From the UHGV virus genome UHGV-1882326: a stretch of DNA of 64,000 nucleotides; one strand, given 5' to 3'. The number at the start of each line of letters is the position of its first letter. Position 1 is the stretch's first letter. This document shows, one piece after another, positions 58,386-64,000 of the stretch. The stretch comes from a virus. The notes under the pieces were generated by a model. That model saw only the letters and a program-made list of their open reading frames with translations. It was not told the origin of the DNA and searched no databases. A program made the translations under genes and the position numbers.

Positions 58386-61300
58386 CAACCAAGTTATTAC
58401 ATTCAGAACAAAAATCCCCTATATCCTCTTTCTACCGATTGTTACCGCCCTAAATCAGAATAAATCCCCCTAACTCAGAACACGAGATTTCACCCTATAT
58501 TGCAAAACGCCATATGAAGCCCAAGGGAGAAATTATTTGCAATGTCCTATAAATTGGACACCTAAAACACTAATGAAAATTATTTAAGACTTGAAACATT
58601 GCAATTCGCCCACTCGAAAACGCCTACGCAAAAACCATTACTTTTCGACTATAGGGGGTCAAGACACTTTTCGCCAATAGTTCTTTTTAGAACCATTTTT
58701 CCGTTATTCATAAATTTTAATAACGAACAGTGAAATGACAAAACACCTGTCTTTACAACTGACAAGACATCTGACAAGACATTTCTCAATTTTCCACTAT
58801 GGTTATGATATACCACTCTCCCCTAAATTTAGCTACCTGTGACTACTCTTATATACCGTTACAACTCATTTAAGCACCCCTAGAAACGATTTTAATAGAT
58901 AAGACGATTAACTTATCATGTGAAAACTGAAACGCCCACATTTGCCTTGTACTGTTTCATATAAAAAGTGACACATTATCATGCTTTTAAAACCTCTACA
59001 GAAATAATAGTCGAATATTAAACCAGTATACTGGTATACGGCGAATGACCCTTATCCCCCAGTACACAATTACCCCCCTCTATCAGATAATATATTATCT
59101 ATTGTAAAGAGTAGATGACTAAGAGATAGAACTACAAGAATTATAAGAATAGATAAGAGATAAGAGGATTGAGAACTGGATAATATGTTGGCTATTACAT
59201 ACTCGTAAATGTTGCAACCTCCTATTCCGTGTTATCACCTACACCTATAAAACCACTAGACATAAAGAGCAAAATGATACACATATTTTCGTCACATATA
59301 TCTTAAATATTCTTAGACGATTTACTGTGTATTATTGTGGTGAGAAATGATATGAAAAGTATATGGGGTTAAGGTGGTGTAAAAATGGTCTGGGATAGGT
59401 ATGGGGAAATATTATCTCTCATATGTGTTATATATAATATATTAAGATTGAAATAGGTGGGTGAAATATGGGACGAGTAAATAAAAATGAATGAGGGGTT
59501 AATAAGTAGGAAACGGTGAAGTGATGAGAGATGAAAAACTAAGGATTGATATGAACATAAGGATTTAGGAATATAGAGAGCAGAAGGATATATAAGGATA
59601 TATGATATAAGGTGAGAGTGGGCGTGAGTGGGTGTGGAGATAATGATGATAGTTGGGATAGAGCAATAGCAATGGGGGATAGGGGGTAACAGGAGCAATA
59701 GATAGAGAGATAATTGAAATACTATGAATATTGACAAATATTGAGTTGTGGGAGTGTGCGGTGTATCAGCTATTCCGAGTATGCGAAAATCGTATATACG
59801 AATTGTCTGAAAATACCCCCCGGTTATACGTGACTAACAGAATGAGTGTTCGACTAGCCCAGGGGAGGGGGCGATATACTCTGCCCGCATAGGTTCGGAA
59901 CGTCAAAAAACATGGCTATAATAAATCATTATAGACACGTTTGTATGCAAGCGGTTGCACAAAATTGCATATTGCGTTGCATATAATAGAAAGTATTAGT
60001 GAAAGTGATATTTTTTCATAGATATATTTATTGAAGTTATAAGTATATGTTAAAATATTGACGTAATAAGATAATGTTATATATGTGATACCGCACATAG
60101 TATCAGACATCATCCTATCCTTTATCTTCTATCCTCTGCTTTCCCTTCTTAATGTTTCACATGAAACAATATATCTAATCCAGTTCAACTCATATCTATA
60201 TTATATTATTCCGTTTCCGCTTTCCCATCTTACAATCAATCCCACTTGCTATCATATCTCAAACCATATCACGCCATAACACATACCACCACACAACATA
60301 CCCATACCATCTTACATAGTAACAATAACCACATACATAGTATTCAATACTACTTGTAATCTTACTCATATCCCATATCATGTTTTACAATACTATCTCA
60401 TATCCCTATTAATCCACTATGTTAATATGTTACCCATAAACCCATTATCCCTATAGGTTAATATATAAATCATAAACCCTATAACATACTATGTAATAGG
60501 TATTTTATAAACCCATTAACCAACTATGTTATTGAATTATAACATAATTATATGAGTTGTTGTTATTGATATCATTTTAGGCAATACTTTTATCGCAACG
60601 GCTCAATTTTAGTCAATACTTAAAATTTGTACGAAAACTATTGGCATTTTAGCAATAATGATACACACTAAAACGTTTAATATATATATTATATATGGCA
60701 CGAAAATGTATGTGTTATTGTTTGAAAAATTGCTACAATTTTCATTATGTTAGCACAACTCCAATTTTTTGGTTTACATAAGGCGTGAATATTCAGACGC
60801 AATTTGAATTTTAGAATAATTTAGCTGTACTTATTAATAAGTGGCGTTTTTAATAAGTGTATCTAATAATAAATGGCAAGCGATCCAATGCCGGATTTAT
60901 GTAAATGCCGTTTAAAGCCCTTAGAAGCCGTTTTAAAGCGTTTTAGGGCTTTCAAAGCATATTTTATCATTAAATGTTTTCCAATCGAAACTATGTTATG
61001 TGGTATTGAAAACTACGTTATTATCTGACAATTTGGCACTCATTAGTGGTAAGTGCTAATAAGTAAACATATGTGAATTATTGCCATATATGAATAGTAA
61101 ATAAATGTTTATTAATGGGCTTCTAACATAAAAGCAAAAACACCTATATAAGCAATGGGGCTTGTATGTATGCTTACTTATATATATGTATATATGCATA
61201 GTGTTTTATATGGGACTTGCATATGCTTTTATATAGTAGTCTGCTTTTTTTTGTAAATCCCTTATATATAGGAAGTAATACAATCGAATAAATGTTTTTA

Positions 61301-61494
61301 TGAAAAATGTATAAAAAAATATATGTTTTTTGGTAGTTTTTACCATTGAGTATATATATACTTTTTGCTATACTTGCATTATCAAATGAATCAAATCATT
61401 TCCATATCGGAAATATTAAGAATATACGTTCTGTATATTCCAAAAAAAATAAAATTAAACATTAAATCATACATATAAAAGGAGAAGAAAAGCT

Positions 61495-61988
61495 ATGCAA
61501 AATATTACATCTGCAATTACATCAATAAATTCAAAAAAAGCCCCCGCCATTTATTCAATGCCAAAAGCTATTGAGTTAATGAAGGGGAAGAAGGTTATTG
61601 ACATAGGGGGGGGAGATATGATACCGCTGTATCTAAAGCTAGTGAATATGGCGCAACGGTAGCAATATACGATCCTTATAACCGCACCGCTGACCATAAC
61701 GCTATTGTTTTAAAAAACACTTATGATGTTGCTGTAATAAGTAATGTGTTAAATGTCATTCCCGACTTAGACAGCCGGTTAAAAGTTCTTAGTTTGGCGT
61801 TGAGTAAAGCGCACACTGTACTTATTACTGTATATGAGGGCGACAAAACAGGCATAGGCAGACAGACAGGAATAGACAGTTGGCAAGAAAACAGAAAACT
61901 TAATGATTATTATAAAAATATTAAATCATTTTTACCAAACACTAAAAAATGCGGAAAAATGATTGTAATAAAACGCAATTCTAATTAA
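61495..61988 (+). pseudogene. SAM-dependent methyltransferase gene interrupted at a G8 homopolymer (candidate phase-variable gene)
   Basis: ATG 61495 with an AAAGGAGAAG RBS. The frame stops 23 codons after the poly-G tract at 61606..61613. With one extra G it reads through to 61988 as a 164-aa protein. That product carries motif I VIDIGGGRYD, an acidic VAIYDPY and motif DVAVISNVLNVIPD, typical of class I SAM MTases. Confidence 0.6.
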
Positions 61989-62011
61989 ATTCAAAAAGGA
62001 GAAGAAAAACA

Positions 62012-62302
62012 ATGAAAAAAATATTAAAAGCAAGCACAAAAGCGGGTTCCCGTTGGATTTTAGCGGCAAAAAACAATGAAGGATATGAATTATCTGATAT
62101 TTACGACAGTTATTCCGTAAATAAAGAAAAAGCTTATAATTGGTGCTTAAATCAGTACAATAGCACTGAAAATTCTGAAAACTTCCGTATAATATCCCAT
62201 AATTCTAACTTCTTTACAATCGCATGGGAAGAGTACGGAAAAGAACCGAAATTACATATTGAAACGGCAAAAAATTCTTATGTTATCTTATTAAATCAGT
62301 AG
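62012..62302 (+). CDS. small hypothetical protein
   Basis: 96-aa ORF with an AAAGGAGAAG RBS. Confidence 0.35.
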   Translation: MKKILKASTKAGSRWILAAKNNEGYELSDIYDSYSVNKEKAYNWCLNQYNSTENSENFRIISHNSNFFTIAWEEYGKEPKLHIETAKNSYVILLNQ

Positions 62303-62314
62303 GGGGCTTATATT

Positions 62315-62572
62315 ATGAGATTAAATGCAAAAGAAAGATTAAGTTATCAGAAAAAAGAACCTATTGCAGTATATGGTATGTCAAATTTTGGCGGTATCGC
62401 CATTATTGATATAATCTACGGCATAGAAGATTATATTGTTTGGTATGATTCACAAATTGATATTGAAAAGCGTAAAATACACATTAGCAAGGTATATTAT
62501 TCTGAAAATGGCGGATATTTTAAACCATATGGAAGTTTATATGTAAAGCTTTCAGAATGTTTAAGAGTATGA
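62315..62572 (+). CDS. small hypothetical protein
   Basis: 85-aa ORF. A terminator hairpin AGGGATgcattttttcttgtATCCCT plus a T-run lies at 62584..62616. Confidence 0.35.
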   Translation: MRLNAKERLSYQKKEPIAVYGMSNFGGIAIIDIIYGIEDYIVWYDSQIDIEKRKIHISKVYYSENGGYFKPYGSLYVKLSECLRV

Positions 62573-63395
62573 ACATAAATAAAAAGGGATGCATTTTTTC
62601 TTGTATCCCTTTTTTGCATATCTTTTTTGCTGTCTGGATACGATCCTGTATTGATACAGTCATAAACCTATTAACATATTTATATTATAGGTTTATAGCT
62701 GTATGAGTGCATGAAAACAGATGATATATCGCATCTGTTTTTTTGTGTGTTCAACTTTGTACCTTTACAACTAAAAATGAACGATATATCTATAACGCTG
62801 TATAAGGGCTTTTATAGGCTTTTTTGCGTTACTATGGGCTTTTTATATGTGTTGTGTTAGTGCATGGGCTTATATTGCCTTTTATGGGGCTTGTATGGTA
62901 CGATCTGGACTTTACCAGACATTAACAGACAGACATTAAACCGTTGCTATATTATGTAAACTTTGCTTATAAAGCGTTTAAAGACGGTTTAAAGCGTTTA
63001 TATGCTGTAAACGTATAAAGTACCATGTAAAGGGTTTAAAAGGGCTGTATCGGGTTTATCGGGCTTTATATGTCATATATATAGTATATGATATGGCAAG
63101 CGATCAAAAAAGCAAGGTATGGACGTTTTTTGTTCCTCTGCGATATTATCAATATATCGATAATGCGATATAACGCACGTAACGCCTATTTAAAGCCGTT
63201 TAATCGTTTAGGCGTACACGGTATAGACTATAGGCATTTAAACGGCTGTATAAAGCTTGTATGACTTTGTAATGTGTTCGGTTTACCGGTTTATGGCAAG
63301 TGTTCCGGTTTATGTTTACTTCTGATTTTATCCGGTATTATATCCGGTTTATACTATTGTTACACTTTTAACGATGTATACTATATTAGTTATGT

Positions 63396-63479
63396 CTAAC
63401 TATAACCACAATATTTTTTGTGTTATCTCAAAATGTTTTAGATTAGTAGTAACTAATCATAAGTTGTGGTTATAGTTAG
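63396..63479. repeat. perfect 16-bp inverted repeat pair (origin/regulatory-like)
   Basis: CTAACTATAACCACAA at 63396..63411 pairs with TTGTGGTTATAGTTAG at 63464..63479, 52 bp apart. Reiterated TAACT/AGTTAG and CCGGTTTAT motifs lie nearby. Confidence 0.8.
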
Positions 63480-63893
63480 GTATATCTAATGATAGTTGGT
63501 TATGACTAACGTTAATGTAGACTAACTGTAGTTAGTTTAGGCTAATTGTGTCTATTGTAGATACAATTCAAATCGAACAGACGTTTGGGTAATTTTGACA
63601 ACGGAAATCGGCAAGCGGAAAAAGGGAAATTTGCCCCAAAGGGTAATATCGTTTTTTAAATTTTCCCCACGGATTTATAATCTACTTTAAAATTTGAAAA
63701 GTCAATTTGAAAATGAAAAGTTTTTTCTTTTTTATTTTTTCTTTTCCTTTATAATAAGGAAGTCTTTCATTTCTTTTATTTTTTTAATCTTTTTATATTA
63801 TATCTATTGATTTTTCTTTTCTTTAATGGTATAGTGCAACCATAGTAACAAAGTAATAAACAGTATAAATAAGTAAATAGGAGGATTTTAAAA

Positions 63894-64000
63894 ATGAGAT
63901 TAAGAGAAGGAAAGCTTATATCAGAATGGGAAGATGAATATGAAAACAAAGCGTTAATTGAAGAAGTGGAAATCAAACCACATAAAGAAGCTAAACTGGA
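63894..64000 (+). CDS. hypothetical protein, 5' partial at window edge
   Basis: ATG 63894 preceded by AGGAGG. It begins MRLREGKLISEWEDEYENK and is open to the end of the window. Confidence 0.4.
   Translation, partial: MRLREGKLISEWEDEYENKALIEEVEIKPHKEAKL

Noticed and set aside
59100-59760. Possible CRISPR array or coding ORF (59369..59737) in the purine-rich block
   Set aside because: There are no regularly spaced identical repeats with unique spacers. The 122-aa ORF is on the pyrimidine-rich strand of a low-complexity tract, with stops in all other frames. It is not coding.
61606-61613. G8 tract as a definite biological phase-variation switch
   Set aside because: It is not rejected as a finding. 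However, a homopolymer-length sequencing or assembly error is an equally simple explanation and cannot be excluded from sequence alone.
1-64000. Diversity-generating retroelement or retron as an explanation for the repeated or low-complexity regions
   Set aside because: No reverse-transcriptase ORF was found anywhere in the window, and there is no TR/VR repeat pair adjacent to a fibre C-terminus.
1-64000. Integrase / attachment site (prophage boundaries)
   Set aside because: No tyrosine or serine recombinase signature was seen. The only lysogeny-like gene is the XRE regulator, so the prophage versus virulent phage status cannot be decided from this window.

Overview
This window is about 64 kb of AT-rich DNA (roughly 30% GC) that reads as a siphovirus-like phage or prophage genome from a low-GC Firmicute.

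Layout:
- A long leftward late operon on the minus strand runs from 46843 down to 161. In order it carries a putative small terminase, TerL, a split portal, a scaffold/protease, the major capsid, head-tail genes, the major tail protein, a small accessory cluster (MazF-like toxin, XhlA-like protein, holin), chaperone-like genes, a RuvC-like gene, a 1553-aa tape measure protein, and baseplate, tail-collar and glycine-rich fibre genes.
- A very AT-rich divergent control region at 46850..47330 holds a perfect consensus promoter, TTGACA-17-TATAAT, at 47246..47274.
- That promoter drives a rightward early operon (47459..58326). It encodes two paralogous 335-aa proteins flanking a dNMP-kinase-like P-loop protein, an orphan N6-adenine MTase, small unknown proteins, an HNH endonuclease, two tRNA or tRNA-like genes, and a frameshifted third tnpB.
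- The last 5.6 kb (58330..64000) is almost ORF-free. It consists of strand-asymmetric low-complexity blocks and iteron and inverted-repeat clusters, and it encloses a small SAM-methyltransferase gene interrupted by a G8 homopolymer.

The most notable observations:
1. The portal gene is split by an IStron-like insertion: a group I intron (R and S core elements are visible) fused to an IS605-family tnpB.
2. There are three tnpB copies from two subfamilies. One is a pseudogene created by an 8-bp tandem duplication.
3. Two 30-bp miniature palindromic elements appear to be derived from that IS.
4. A solitary MazF/EndoA toxin homologue sits inside the tail module.
5. There are freestanding homing endonucleases: one Vsr/DUF559-type inside the head module and three HNH-type.
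6. The SAM-methyltransferase gene looks phase-variable through its poly-G tract.

No integrase, CRISPR array or reverse transcriptase was seen.
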